Part shown: positions 20,379 through 29,647 of the stretch, piece by piece
Layout: each line of letters starts with the position of its first letter
Numbering within the stretch: position 1 is the first letter of the stretch
Assembly: GCA_963824345.1 (NCBI GenBank)
Contig: CAWGOZ010000004.1
Location: 114,199 to 178,198 of the forward strand
DNA length: 64,000 nucleotides
From: Bryobacterales bacterium
GTDB taxonomy: Bacteria > Acidobacteriota > Terriglobia > Bryobacterales > Bryobacteraceae
Direction of reading: 5' to 3'
Position numbers and translations under genes: made by a program
The notes under the pieces: model-generated
Database searches by the model: none
The model's input: the letters and a program-made list of their open reading frames with translations, nothing else
What the model was told of the DNA's origin: nothing

Positions 20379-21707
20379 TCATTTACAATCCGGCAAATCC
20401 CGGTCGACGTAGTAGCGGATGCTGTCACGGCGCGAGCGGTTGGTTGGGGGCAGGCAAGTGATCTGGCCTTGCGCCAGCCAGAGAGGCCGGCCGGAGAGTT
20501 CGCGATCCAGCACCGGATAGACGCGCCACGCCACCCAAACCACTGTTGCGGTCGCAAACAGGGCCAATGCCGCGACACCGCGTTCGCGGCGGCAGACCGC
20601 GCACCCCACCGCAAGGGCCAGAGAGGCGAGAGTCCCAGCGAGACTGAAGTGAAAGGACGCGTGAGAAATGCCGTTGAGAAGCGCCTGGGGCAGCGCGTCC
20701 AACATAGGCGGGACCAGGCAAAACAGGAGGCCACAGGCGGCCAGGGCGATTTGCGGGCGCGCGGCAGAAGCCAGCGCGATACCCATCAGCGCGGCGATGG
20801 GCGGCAGCAAGGGAAGAAGATAGCCAGGCAGCTTATTGTGGGACGCGGAGAAAAACAAGAAGCCCCATGCGAACCATGCCAGCAGAAATTGGGTACGGCG
20901 ATCCCGATAGAGTTGCCGATTGAACAGCAGCGCCAGCAGCGGAATCCACGGGAAAAGGCCGGCCAGTAGAACCGGGACGAAAAACCAGAAGGGCCGGCTA
21001 TGCAAAAGAGTGCCGCTCACAAATCTGCCGAAGTGCTGTTTCCAGAAAAACTCTTCCAGGAACGGCGCACCGTTGCGGAGGGTCACGAGCGCGTACCAGG
21101 GCGCGGCGATCACCGCGGCGGCAGCGAAGACCAGCGCCAGATCGCGCATGCGATGGCGCAAGAACCAGAGGGCCGGAAGGAATAGCACGAGCGGAACAAG
21201 ACCCTTGGCAAGCACGGCGAGCCCGAGAAACACGCCGGCAAGGAAGGACGCGCGAGGGGAAAAGAAGAGCGTGAGCATAGCCGCGGCGAACGCAGCGGAC
21301 ATGGGCAGATCCGTGATCGCAACGTGGCTGTAGACCAGCCAGCCGGAGGAAGTTCCGAGAATCGCCAATGCATACCAGGCAGCGCGGCCGCCGAACTCGC
21401 GGCGCAGCGCCACGAAGAAGTAGATCAGGAACGCGACGCTCATGATCGCAACGGGCAAACGCGGGGACAAATCCGGGCCGAGGCCGGCCTTGAACCCAGC
21501 GGCGGTCATCCAATATAAGAGCGCGGGCTTTTCGAACCAGGGCTGGCCGAACAAATGGGGTGTGATCCAATCGTCCGTGGCTGCCATGGCGCGGCCGATT
21601 GCCGCGTAGCGCGGCTCATCGGGGCCGATCAAGCCGGTGCGTGCGAGTCCGAAGAAATAGAGAAAAAAAAGGCCGATGCCCGATAAAGCCGCAGCGATGC
21701 GGCTCAT
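20379..21707 (-). CDS. family 39 glycosyltransferase (ArnT/PMT-like, lipid-carrier dependent)
   Basis: Polytopic membrane protein with N-terminal 'GPDEPRYAAIGRAMAATDDWITPHLFGQPWFEKPALLYW'. Confidence 0.8.
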   Translation of the reverse strand: MSRIAAALSGIGLFFLYFFGLARTGLIGPDEPRYAAIGRAMAATDDWITPHLFGQPWFEKPALLYWMTAAGFKAGLGPDLSPRLPVAIMSVAFLIYFFVALRREFGGRAAWYALAILGTSSGWLVYSHVAITDLPMSAAFAAAMLTLFFSPRASFLAGVFLGLAVLAKGLVPLVLFLPALWFLRHRMRDLALVFAAAAVIAAPWYALVTLRNGAPFLEEFFWKQHFGRFVSGTLLHSRPFWFFVPVLLAGLFPWIPLLALLFNRQLYRDRRTQFLLAWFAWGFLFFSASHNKLPGYLLPLLPPIAALMGIALASAARPQIALAACGLLFCLVPPMLDALPQALLNGISHASFHFSLAGTLASLALAVGCAVCRRERGVAALALFATATVVWVAWRVYPVLDRELSGRPLWLAQGQITCLPPTNRSRRDSIRYYVDRDLPDCK

Positions 21708-23650
21708 TCCGGACTGGGCTCTGACAGGGCGACCAATTCCGCCGGCTCACCCCGCCCGCCGACTGCCATCACGATATATTGCTTCCCCTTCGCCAGGTAG
21801 GTCATCGGAACGCCGGTGGCGCGCGTGGGCAGCTTCATTTCGAAGACGGTCTGGCCGGTTTTCTTGTCGAGCGCGCGAAAGGTGGAAGCACTCGAACCGT
21901 TCACCGGCGTCAGGCCGGCCGCGTCGGCTGAAAACAGCAGGGTCTTGGTGACCAACAACAGTGCGCGTTCCGGATTCCCGAATTTACGGGTGTCGATGCC
22001 CTGCAGCGCGGGGTTGTTCTTGATGTCGTCGGGCGGCAGGCCGTTGGGAATCATCCAGAGTTGGTCTCCGGTATTCAGATCGTAGGCGGTGATGCGGCCG
22101 TAGGGTGGTTTGACGATCGGGATTCCTTTATTGATCTTTTCGAGAATCACGGTCTTACCGATATAGTTCATGTCGGAGCGTTGTGGATCGTGGACTAGCG
22201 CGAGGACGGATGGACTGGTCACTGACGGCACGTAGAGAATTCCGGTTTCGGGATCCGCAGCCGCGCCCTGCCAGTTTGCGCCACCCGTTACGGCGGGCAA
22301 CATGAGCGTGCCTTTCTTGCCGTTGGCATCGTAAATCGAAGGCGGCGTAAAGATCGGCCCCAGCTTGTATTCGGATGCGATCTTCAGAGCTGCGGCTTTC
22401 AGCTCAGGAGTGAAGTCGATCAGGTCGTCCGGTGTGACACCCTGGCGATCGAAGGCCGGCGGCTTGGTGGGGAAGGGTTGTGTGGGCGCGGTTTTTTCGC
22501 CGGGAACGTCGGACCGGCCGACGGGCCGCTCCTCAATCGGCCAAACGGGCTGGCCGGTCTGGCGGTCGAAGACGTAGACGAAGGCCTGCTTGGTCACCTG
22601 CGCCACGGCCTTGATCCTCCTGCCGTTCACCGTGAGATCCAACAGAACCGGCGCGGCGGGATTGTCCCAATCCCAGATGCCGTGGTGGACGATCTGATAA
22701 TGCCAGACTCGCCGGCCCGTGCGAGCGTCCACGCAAACCAGGCTCTCATCGAAGAGATCATCGCCGGGGCGATGGCCGCCGTAGTAGTCGCCGGTCGGTG
22801 TCTCGACTGGCAGATAGACGTAACCTAGCTCGGGATCAGCGCTCATGGGCGCCCATACGGCGGTGTTGCCGGTGTACTTCCACGACCCGTTCTCCCAGGT
22901 TTCGTTGCCGAATTCGCCGGGCTGCGCGATGGTGTGGAAGGTCCATAAGAGGTTGCCGGTGCGGACGTCGTAACCGCGCACATAGCCTGGAACATTTTGC
23001 TTGGAAGATGGAACGGTGCCGATTTCCAAAGCCGACCCTACCACCACCGTGTCGCCGACCACGATGGCGGGCGAAGTGGCGCCGATGATCCCAGGCTTGA
23101 TGTTTTCTCGGTCCAGCCCGATCAGAAGATCGACGATGCCGTTGTGGCCGAAGCCCGCTGCGGGAAGCCCGGTCTTGGCGTTGAGAGCTTCCAACTGATA
23201 TCCGGGCGAGATGGTGAGAATCCGCTCGTCGCCGCGATTGTCGGTCCAGTAAGCGACACCGCGATTGTTGAAGCGCACGGCATGATCGCCGCGGTCGCCT
23301 TCGTCGAGCCGATACATCCACAGCGTTTCGCCCGTGGCGGCGTCCACCGCGATGGTGTCGCGGCGCGTTCCAGCGGTGAGATAAAGAACGCCATGCACCA
23401 TCAGAGGCGTGACTTCGTAGTTGGGATCCGCGCGCGGGCCGAAATTCTGCGCCTTCCAGGTCCAGGCGACTTGCAGCTTGGCGACGTTGTCGCGATTGAT
23501 TTGATCGAGCGGCGAATACTTGGTGCTTTGAGCATCGCCACCGTAGTAGCGCCACTCGCCCGACGCCGTACCAGTCTGAGCAAGCGCGGACTGAACGAGA
23601 GCGAGGCCCGCCGGAATCAACAGGAATAGGCTGACGCCAAAATTGTGCAT
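21704..23650 (-). CDS. soluble PQQ-dependent dehydrogenase (8-bladed propeller quinoprotein)
   Basis: Signal peptide, '[35 protein letters not shown]' and repeated W-motif blades; 4-nt overlap with the downstream GT39 gene. Confidence 0.85.
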   Translation of the reverse strand: MHNFGVSLFLLIPAGLALVQSALAQTGTASGEWRYYGGDAQSTKYSPLDQINRDNVAKLQVAWTWKAQNFGPRADPNYEVTPLMVHGVLYLTAGTRRDTIAVDAATGETLWMYRLDEGDRGDHAVRFNNRGVAYWTDNRGDERILTISPGYQLEALNAKTGLPAAGFGHNGIVDLLIGLDRENIKPGIIGATSPAIVVGDTVVVGSALEIGTVPSSKQNVPGYVRGYDVRTGNLLWTFHTIAQPGEFGNETWENGSWKYTGNTAVWAPMSADPELGYVYLPVETPTGDYYGGHRPGDDLFDESLVCVDARTGRRVWHYQIVHHGIWDWDNPAAPVLLDLTVNGRRIKAVAQVTKQAFVYVFDRQTGQPVWPIEERPVGRSDVPGEKTAPTQPFPTKPPAFDRQGVTPDDLIDFTPELKAAALKIASEYKLGPIFTPPSIYDANGKKGTLMLPAVTGGANWQGAAADPETGILYVPSVTSPSVLALVHDPQRSDMNYIGKTVILEKINKGIPIVKPPYGRITAYDLNTGDQLWMIPNGLPPDDIKNNPALQGIDTRKFGNPERALLLVTKTLLFSADAAGLTPVNGSSASTFRALDKKTGQTVFEMKLPTRATGVPMTYLAKGKQYIVMAVGGRGEPAELVALSEPSPE

Positions 23651-23749
23651 TACATGCTTCCTGAAAAATTATACATGCCGGGGCGGAAGGCAATTTTAGG
23701 GAACGCTCGGCTGGCAGTGACCTTTGCGCTTTTGATAAGATCTGTGACC

Positions 23750-24193
23750 ATGAGACTCAATCGATTTCGCACCTTCGGGATAGCCATGCTGGCCTTTGCG
23801 GCTGGTTCATTACTCACTGCGCGGCTCTATCGGACTGCGCAAGTTCGGGCGGACGCCAAGCGTGTCTTCGAGCTGCGCGTGTATCATGCGGTTCCTGGCA
23901 AGGTTCCCGCCTTGTCGGCCAGGTTTCGCGATACGGCATCGAAACTGTTCGACAGGCACGACATGAAGGTGGTGGGCTACTGGATACCGGAGGATGCTCC
24001 GGCATCCGACAACACCTTCATCTACCTCCTGGCCCATCCCAGCCGGGACGCAGCGACAAAGAACTGGGCGGCAATTCGAGCGGACCCTGAATTTCTCGAG
24101 AAGATCTATAAGCAAGAGCAAAGCGAGGCGAAGCTGGTGGAGAAAGTGGACTCCACCTATATGGATCCTACGGATTTCTCTGCGCTGAAATAG
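23750..24193 (+). CDS. NIPSNAP-family protein with N-terminal signal/anchor
   Basis: 'RVFELRVYHAVPGKVPALSARFRD...LFDRHDMKVVGYW...FIYLLAHPSRDAATKNWAAIRADPEF'. Start trimmed to the ATG at 23750. Confidence 0.8.
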   Translation: MRLNRFRTFGIAMLAFAAGSLLTARLYRTAQVRADAKRVFELRVYHAVPGKVPALSARFRDTASKLFDRHDMKVVGYWIPEDAPASDNTFIYLLAHPSRDAATKNWAAIRADPEFLEKIYKQEQSEAKLVEKVDSTYMDPTDFSALK

Positions 24194-24217
24194 AGCCGCT
24201 GGCCCTCGAACGAAACC

Positions 24218-25678
24218 TTAGCGCGCAACCTTGCCGGCGATAGTGAGGGGTGTTGTTTCCAGGAACTCGATGACGCGCGGAAGTTTGTATTCCGCCAACT
24301 GCCGGCGGCAATGCTCAAGGACGTCGCGGCGAGTAACGGGAAGGCCTTCGCGCGGGACCACCCTGGCTCGAATGACTTCGCCTCCCCGGCCATTCGGGAC
24401 CGTATCGACATGGCAGGAAGCCACGTTTGGAAGCATCTCGACGGTCCGTTCCACTTGCACCGGATCGACCTTCACGCCGGCGAGGTTCATGACGCGGCCC
24501 AGCCTGCCGTTCAAATGCAGATTTCCGGCGGAATCAAAACAGCCCAGATCGCCGGTACGGAAGAAGCCCTGGTGAAAGAGGCTGCGGTTCAGTTCGGGCT
24601 CTCCGAGGTACCCTGACATCACGGATGCCGATCGAACGGCCAGTTCGCCGGTTGCTCCATGCTCTAAGCTCTGGTTGTCGGTTCCGAGGACAATGACTTC
24701 GGCGCCTCGAATGGGTTGGCCTACGCACGACAAAGAGGCTGCTGGGGCCTGGCCGGCACGCTCGCACGCGACCATGCCGCATTCCGACAGCCCGTAAAAT
24801 TGCCGCAGAGTTGGGCCGAGGCGGGCTCGCCAACGGTCGACTACGCTGGCCGGGATGCGTCCACCCGCGGTGAAGCAATGCTTCAGGCTAGAGAGCAAAG
24901 TGGGGTTGCAGTCCACCAGACATCCGAAGATAAACGGCGAACCGAACAACGTGTCCACGTTCTCGCGCTGCACAAGCTCAGCGCAAGGGGCGGGGCTAAA
25001 CTGGCGCATGGTCGCCACCCTTGCGCCGCTCAGCAGAGGGACAATGAGGCCGTTGTTGAGCCCGCTGCTGTGATGAAAGGGCACCACACTCAGGACCCGG
25101 CGACCGGGCCCGATATCCAGCGTGCCGGCCACATTTTCAGCCATTGCGATCAGATTGCGATGGCTGCGAGGAACCAGGCGGGGCACCCCCATCGATCCGG
25201 AAGTGGAGATATAAAACGCGGGCGCGTCGCCGGCTATTGAATCGATGGCAGGGGGGCTGGAAGAGGCGGAAGCTTGGGCTTGAACCGGCATGCGGTCGGC
25301 GGTGAGCAGGCGGTGCTTGGGGATAGCATCGCTAATCTGGTCCCATTCGGCGCTGAAACGCGGCTCGATAACGGCGCCTCGGAATCCTACACGTGCGGCG
25401 AACGCCCGCAATTCCACGGCCCGCCATTGCGGGTTGCAAGGAAATAGCACGCCACCCAGTCCGGAAACTGCGAATACGCAGGCCACGAACTGCCAGGAGT
25501 TATCGAGCGACAACGCAATAACGTCGCCGGGCCTGAGGTCGAGCGTGGCACGCAGCCATTCGCGAGCCGCCAGCACTCGCTGGGAGAGTTCGTCATAGGA
25601 AATTCTTTGATCGCCGTCGATTATGGCGAGGTCATTGGGATAGCGCTGTGCGACCTGGCTCAGGCAGCCGGAAATCAT
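24218..25678 (-). CDS. AMP-dependent synthetase/ligase (ANL superfamily; acyl-activating enzyme)
   Basis: Core motifs 'YISTSGSMGVPRLV', 'FRTGDLG', 'GRLGRVMNLAGVKV' and a C-terminal 'GKV.R'. Confidence 0.85.
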   Translation of the reverse strand: MISGCLSQVAQRYPNDLAIIDGDQRISYDELSQRVLAAREWLRATLDLRPGDVIALSLDNSWQFVACVFAVSGLGGVLFPCNPQWRAVELRAFAARVGFRGAVIEPRFSAEWDQISDAIPKHRLLTADRMPVQAQASASSSPPAIDSIAGDAPAFYISTSGSMGVPRLVPRSHRNLIAMAENVAGTLDIGPGRRVLSVVPFHHSSGLNNGLIVPLLSGARVATMRQFSPAPCAELVQRENVDTLFGSPFIFGCLVDCNPTLLSSLKHCFTAGGRIPASVVDRWRARLGPTLRQFYGLSECGMVACERAGQAPAASLSCVGQPIRGAEVIVLGTDNQSLEHGATGELAVRSASVMSGYLGEPELNRSLFHQGFFRTGDLGCFDSAGNLHLNGRLGRVMNLAGVKVDPVQVERTVEMLPNVASCHVDTVPNGRGGEVIRARVVPREGLPVTRRDVLEHCRRQLAEYKLPRVIEFLETTPLTIAGKVAR

Positions 25679-25968
25679 GAGGCGGACCTTCGGTCGACGT
25701 AAGCCGTCAACTCTTCCAGGTCCCGGACCAATGCGACAGTTAGCATTTCGGGCTCGAACGTGATTCCGAACTCCTGCTCGAGCGCGGTAACGAATTCGAG
25801 CACCGCCACCGAATCCAGGCCGGCGGATTCATCCAGCTTGGTTTGGTAACTGAAGTCCTCTTCGGCGAGGTTGAGGTGCAGGGAATCGATGAAGACGCGC
25901 CGGATTCGCGCCATTGTTCCCGGCGATCCGGGGCCAGCGGCAGTCACTGGTTGTTCCATAGCCGCCAC
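25675..25968 (-). CDS. stand-alone acyl/peptidyl carrier protein
   Basis: Phosphopantetheine-attachment motif 'GLDSVAVLEFVTALEQEFGI'; 4-nt overlap with the ligase. Alternative internal starts at 25959 and 25914. Confidence 0.7.
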   Translation of the reverse strand: MAAMEQPVTAAGPGSPGTMARIRRVFIDSLHLNLAEEDFSYQTKLDESAGLDSVAVLEFVTALEQEFGITFEPEMLTVALVRDLEELTAYVDRRSAS

Positions 25969-26951
25969 TCTCCCGGATTCTCGAGAACCTGTCTTTCCAC
26001 GACGCTCACGAAGCGCGGCAGGTTGGCTGAAACGAATGCTTCACGCGACGGGGCGCGGAAGATTTCGAGCATGGGATCAAAGCGGATTCGGAACCCGTTG
26101 CTGCGACCGACGTGCAGTATGGGGACCACCGCGCAGTCCGACAATCGGACGATCTCACACACCCCGGTTCGGAGGGGCCGGGGAACTCCCAGGAACACTT
26201 GTTCAGTTCCGTTTTTTGCACGTGCATCGATCTGGAGAAGGACCAATCCGCCGGCGCGCAATCTTCGCAGGATTTTGAGACTGCAATCGGGATCGTGAAT
26301 CAAGACCTGATCGGGGAGCGCGCGCTTCTGGAGCTGGGTGGATCGCGGCTGTAAGAACTGGCGGCCCAGCTGGCCCGCCGCTTTGTTCGACGGCGCGGCG
26401 CCGTGAACCGAGAGCGCCGGATAACCCTGGGCCGCAAGATACCGCAGAGCGATTCGATTCGCGCAGAAGTGGCCACTGAGCAGGATCACACCCTTGCCGC
26501 GGGCGATGGCGCTGTCGAGATGCTGAATCCCGTGGATGCCTGTGCAGCGCAGCATCTTGTCGAAAGACGGACGGAGCAACAGGAGCCCGTCCAAGGTGCG
26601 GAACATGGTGTTGGAGAGGGACTGGCCGGCAATTCGTCTGGCGTTTTCGGGCGAAGTGCGGCAGGCTCGCGCGATCCACAGGGCCGCCCGGGCTTTCGCG
26701 CGACGGGATTCGAACTGGACGATGGGATCGGACAACTTGCCGAGGAGGTACAAGAGCCAGCGCGGAACAACTGCCGCGAGCAGACGTATCGGATACAAGT
26801 AGAGCAGCCAAAGCACATCGTTGAGCGTAACCAGCGGCAACGAATCCAGCGGCCGGGAGTTCGGGCTCGAGGCCGGCGCCACAACACGGCTTGCATCCGA
26901 AGTTTCCATGTTGGAAATCCCCATATCCGGACTTGTTACTCGCATCAGCAT
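25944..26951 (-). CDS. LpxL/HtrB-family (lysophospholipid/lipid A late) acyltransferase
   Basis: N-terminal membrane anchor, then 'GKGVILLSGHFCANRIAL', a region resembling the H(x)4D acyltransferase block. Family size about 300 aa. Confidence 0.65.
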   Translation of the reverse strand: MLMRVTSPDMGISNMETSDASRVVAPASSPNSRPLDSLPLVTLNDVLWLLYLYPIRLLAAVVPRWLLYLLGKLSDPIVQFESRRAKARAALWIARACRTSPENARRIAGQSLSNTMFRTLDGLLLLRPSFDKMLRCTGIHGIQHLDSAIARGKGVILLSGHFCANRIALRYLAAQGYPALSVHGAAPSNKAAGQLGRQFLQPRSTQLQKRALPDQVLIHDPDCSLKILRRLRAGGLVLLQIDARAKNGTEQVFLGVPRPLRTGVCEIVRLSDCAVVPILHVGRSNGFRIRFDPMLEIFRAPSREAFVSANLPRFVSVVERQVLENPGEWRLWNNQ

Positions 26952-27017
26952 AGCGCACTTTCCACGAGGCTCCAGGGCTTATCACGGGCCCGGCGTTCGG
27001 CGGCCCGGGCGACTACC

Positions 27018-27107
27018 GTGCTGGCCTTCGCGGCTGGCTCATTACTCACTGCCCGGTTGTACCGGACCGAGCAAGTGAGGGCGGATGCCAATCGCGTTTT
27101 CGAACTC
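27018..27107 (+). pseudogene. 90-nt fragment paralogous to the 5' end of the NIPSNAP gene
   Basis: Hand alignment with 23786-23875 gives 73/90 identical bases. It encodes 'LAFAAGSLLTARLYRTEQVRADANRVFEL' against 'LAFAAGSLLTARLYRTAQVRADAKRVFEL'; similarity stops abruptly at both ends. Confidence 0.55.
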
Positions 27108-27186
27108 GACCCATTTCTCGCCGCTGAAGTAGGGCGCCGGGATTTGAAATCATTCCGGCTCCCAGCCGATGGGATATCATCAAGGC

Positions 27187-28032
27187 ATGCATACGGCAAG
27201 CCGAGTCCTCTTGCTGTTGTTCGCTTTTGGTCTGTTGTGGGCGCAGGACCAGGTCTTTATCTGCCCCATGGATCCGGACGTGCGCTCCAATCAGCCGGGA
27301 AATTGCCGGCGGTGTGGGATGAAGCTGCGCGAGGGGATTCCGGAGCCGGTGGAGTTCCACCTGGATCTCACCATGACACCGCGGGCGGTGAAGCCCAACC
27401 AGCCCACGCAGCTGAAGTTTAGCGTGCACGATCCGTGGAAGGATCGTCCGGTAAAAGATTTTCAAATCGTCCACGAGAAGTTGTTCCACATGTTTGTGGT
27501 GAGCCAGGATCTGCAATTCTTCGTGCACGATCATCCGGTGTCCCAGCCGGATGGCGATTTTCTTTATAACATCGAGTTTCCCAAGCCTGGAATGTATCGC
27601 GTACTGGGCGATTTCTATCCGGACGGCGCGACGCCCCAGTTGATCGCAAAGACCGTGATCGTTCCGGGAACGCCTCCGCCGGCGGTCTCGCTCCCGCGCG
27701 ATTATTCCACCAAGCAAGCCGAGAATCTGCAGGTGGAAATGACCACCGATCCGCCGCAGCCGATCGCCGCGCAGAAGACGCAGATCTATTTTCGGCTATC
27801 GCCGGCCGATGGCATCGAGAAATATATCGGCGTCTGGGCGCACATGCTGGCGGCCAGCGACGATTTGATCGATATGATTCACACGCATCCGTTCATCGCC
27901 GATGGCGGTCCCCAGATTCAGTTCAGCTTGGAGTTTCCGCGCGCGCGAACCTATCGGGTGTGGGTGCAGTTCCAACGCAAGGGCGTGGTGAACACGGCGC
28001 ACTTCGATGTGCCCGTCAAGGAGTTGGAATAG
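27187..28032 (+). CDS. secreted heavy-metal-binding-domain protein (Cu/Ag-type)
   Basis: Signal peptide, then 'ICPMDPDVRSNQPGNCRRCGMKL' (CPM-x11-C-x2-CGM metal-binding ribbon), followed by two beta-rich repeats with His/Met residues. Confidence 0.7.
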   Translation: MHTASRVLLLLFAFGLLWAQDQVFICPMDPDVRSNQPGNCRRCGMKLREGIPEPVEFHLDLTMTPRAVKPNQPTQLKFSVHDPWKDRPVKDFQIVHEKLFHMFVVSQDLQFFVHDHPVSQPDGDFLYNIEFPKPGMYRVLGDFYPDGATPQLIAKTVIVPGTPPPAVSLPRDYSTKQAENLQVEMTTDPPQPIAAQKTQIYFRLSPADGIEKYIGVWAHMLAASDDLIDMIHTHPFIADGGPQIQFSLEFPRARTYRVWVQFQRKGVVNTAHFDVPVKELE

Positions 28033-28723
28033 CGTGCGCGGCGGCCGGCGGAGCAGCTGGCAACAGCAGCACCGTCGAACGTGCGGGAACGCCGTGAATC
28101 CTGGTTCCGGCCGGCAACTCGATCGCGTTTCGATAGAGATAGGGATGCGCAAACTTCGCGCTGTAATGTTCAAACCACAGCAGCGGCTCGATGCTTCCGT
28201 CGGGCAACTCCGCTGTGATCTGAAAAGCCGCATCTTCGGGCACGGTCTTGGGCAGGAGGCCGTCCAGCAAGAAGTCCTTGGGAAGCTGGAACTCGCCGCT
28301 CACAGCGATGGACCCGTGTGAAGGAGTAACCGGCGGATGTTCGTCAAACTTCGGATCCGGCGCTAGATCTTTCGCCTCGCCTTCCGGCACGCCGCCGCCA
28401 ACCCAGCTGACAATAAGTTCGAGTTGCTCGGGTGTGAGCGCTTTATCGTTGCGAAAATCGCCGAAGCCTTTCACCGCGCCCCAGGGCGGCATCCGCCGCT
28501 CCAGAACTTCTTCTTTGATGGCGACGGCCCAAGGGCGGGCCAGCGCGTAGGTCATCAACGAAAAGGCCTGACCTCCATCGTGGTGGCAGGATGCGCAGCG
28601 CTCGTAGACGATGCGCGAGATTTCGCGATCCCAGGTGATGGCAGTGGTGATGATGTCGTGGGCGGCTGCCGCGCAACTGGCGGCGAGGGTGAGGCCGATG
28701 ATGAGGGTAAAACGGCGCCTCAT
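28016..28723 (-). CDS. monoheme cytochrome c domain protein, secreted
   Basis: Signal peptide 'MRRRFTLIIGLTLAASCAAAA' and heme motif 'CASCHH'. Start trimmed to the ATG at 28723. Confidence 0.65.
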   Translation of the reverse strand: MRRRFTLIIGLTLAASCAAAAHDIITTAITWDREISRIVYERCASCHHDGGQAFSLMTYALARPWAVAIKEEVLERRMPPWGAVKGFGDFRNDKALTPEQLELIVSWVGGGVPEGEAKDLAPDPKFDEHPPVTPSHGSIAVSGEFQLPKDFLLDGLLPKTVPEDAAFQITAELPDGSIEPLLWFEHYSAKFAHPYLYRNAIELPAGTRIHGVPARSTVLLLPAAPPAAAHAIPTP

Positions 28724-28745
28724 GGCTGTATGATACAACGCCAGT

Positions 28746-29435
28746 ATGTCAGTCAACCGCCGCTTCCTACTTGCATTTTGTAGCGCGGGCCTCTTGCTGG
28801 GCCAGGGCGAGCATCCGGTCACGGGCCGGAAAATCGCGGGCGTGATGGGGGTGCAGGGCGCGGACTGGTTGAATCGGCCCGAGCGCGAGAAAGAAGAAAA
28901 TCCGGAAGGCGCTCTGGATGCGATCGCGATTCGACCCGGCATGGTTGTGGCCGACGTCGGCGCGGGAACGGGGTATATGTCGTTACGGCTGGCCAAGCGC
29001 GTGGGACCATCAGGCAAGGTCTACGCGAACGACATTCAGCCCGGGATGCTGCGGCGCCTGCGCGAGAATGCGGCCAAGGCTGGGATCGCAAACATCGAGA
29101 CGGTGCAGGGCGAGGAGGCCGATCCAAAACTTCCGCCAGGGAGCCTGGATCTGGTGCTGCTGGTAGATGTCTATCACGAATTCTCGAAGCCGCGGCAAAT
29201 GATCGACAAAATTCGCGAGGCGCTGAAACCGGACGGGCGGCTGGTGCTGCTGGAATATCGCAAGGAAGATCCGAGCGTTCCGATCCGCGAGGAGCACAAG
29301 ATGACAGTGGCTGAAGTGAAGGCGGAGCTGGAGCCGCAGGGGTTGGTGCTGAGTAAAGTGATCGAGAAGCTGCCGCGGCAGCATATTTTGATATTGACGA
29401 AAGCAACCGCGTCAAGGGCAGCCGCCGGTCACTAA
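28746..29435 (+). CDS. class I SAM-dependent methyltransferase with signal peptide
   Basis: 'VADVGAGTGYMSLRLA' (motif I), 'DLVLLVDVYHE', 'LKPDGRLVLLE'. Confidence 0.8.
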   Translation: MSVNRRFLLAFCSAGLLLGQGEHPVTGRKIAGVMGVQGADWLNRPEREKEENPEGALDAIAIRPGMVVADVGAGTGYMSLRLAKRVGPSGKVYANDIQPGMLRRLRENAAKAGIANIETVQGEEADPKLPPGSLDLVLLVDVYHEFSKPRQMIDKIREALKPDGRLVLLEYRKEDPSVPIREEHKMTVAEVKAELEPQGLVLSKVIEKLPRQHILILTKATASRAAAGH

Positions 29436-29440
29436 CGCCG

Positions 29441-29647
29441 CTACTGCAGGCGCTTAACCGCTTCGAGAGCCAGTTCGTGCAATCCACTGCCGCCGTGAGC
29501 AACGTAGTCGATAATCTGATCGCGCATGCGGCGCTCCCAAAACTTCTGGAAGTGATCGGTGACGCCGGCGACCGCTTCGTCGTGCGGATAGCCGGCGAAA
29601 AACAGGGCGATCTGGTTCGCCCGGTGCACCATGCTATCGGACTTCAT
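29441..29647 (-). CDS. fdsD: formate dehydrogenase subunit delta
   Basis: 68 aa. 'VHRANQIALFFAGYPHDEAVAGVTDHFQKFWERRMR' is FdsD-like; last gene of the fds operon. Confidence 0.8.
   Translation of the reverse strand: MKSDSMVHRANQIALFFAGYPHDEAVAGVTDHFQKFWERRMRDQIIDYVAHGGSGLHELALEAVKRLQ

Noticed and set aside
26403-27422. 339-aa plus-strand ORF spanning the acyltransferase 5' region, the NIPSNAP fragment and the start of the metal-binding gene
   Set aside because: It is composite: antisense to the acyltransferase, then the 30-residue NIPSNAP-like patch, then out of frame with the well-supported 27187-28032 gene.
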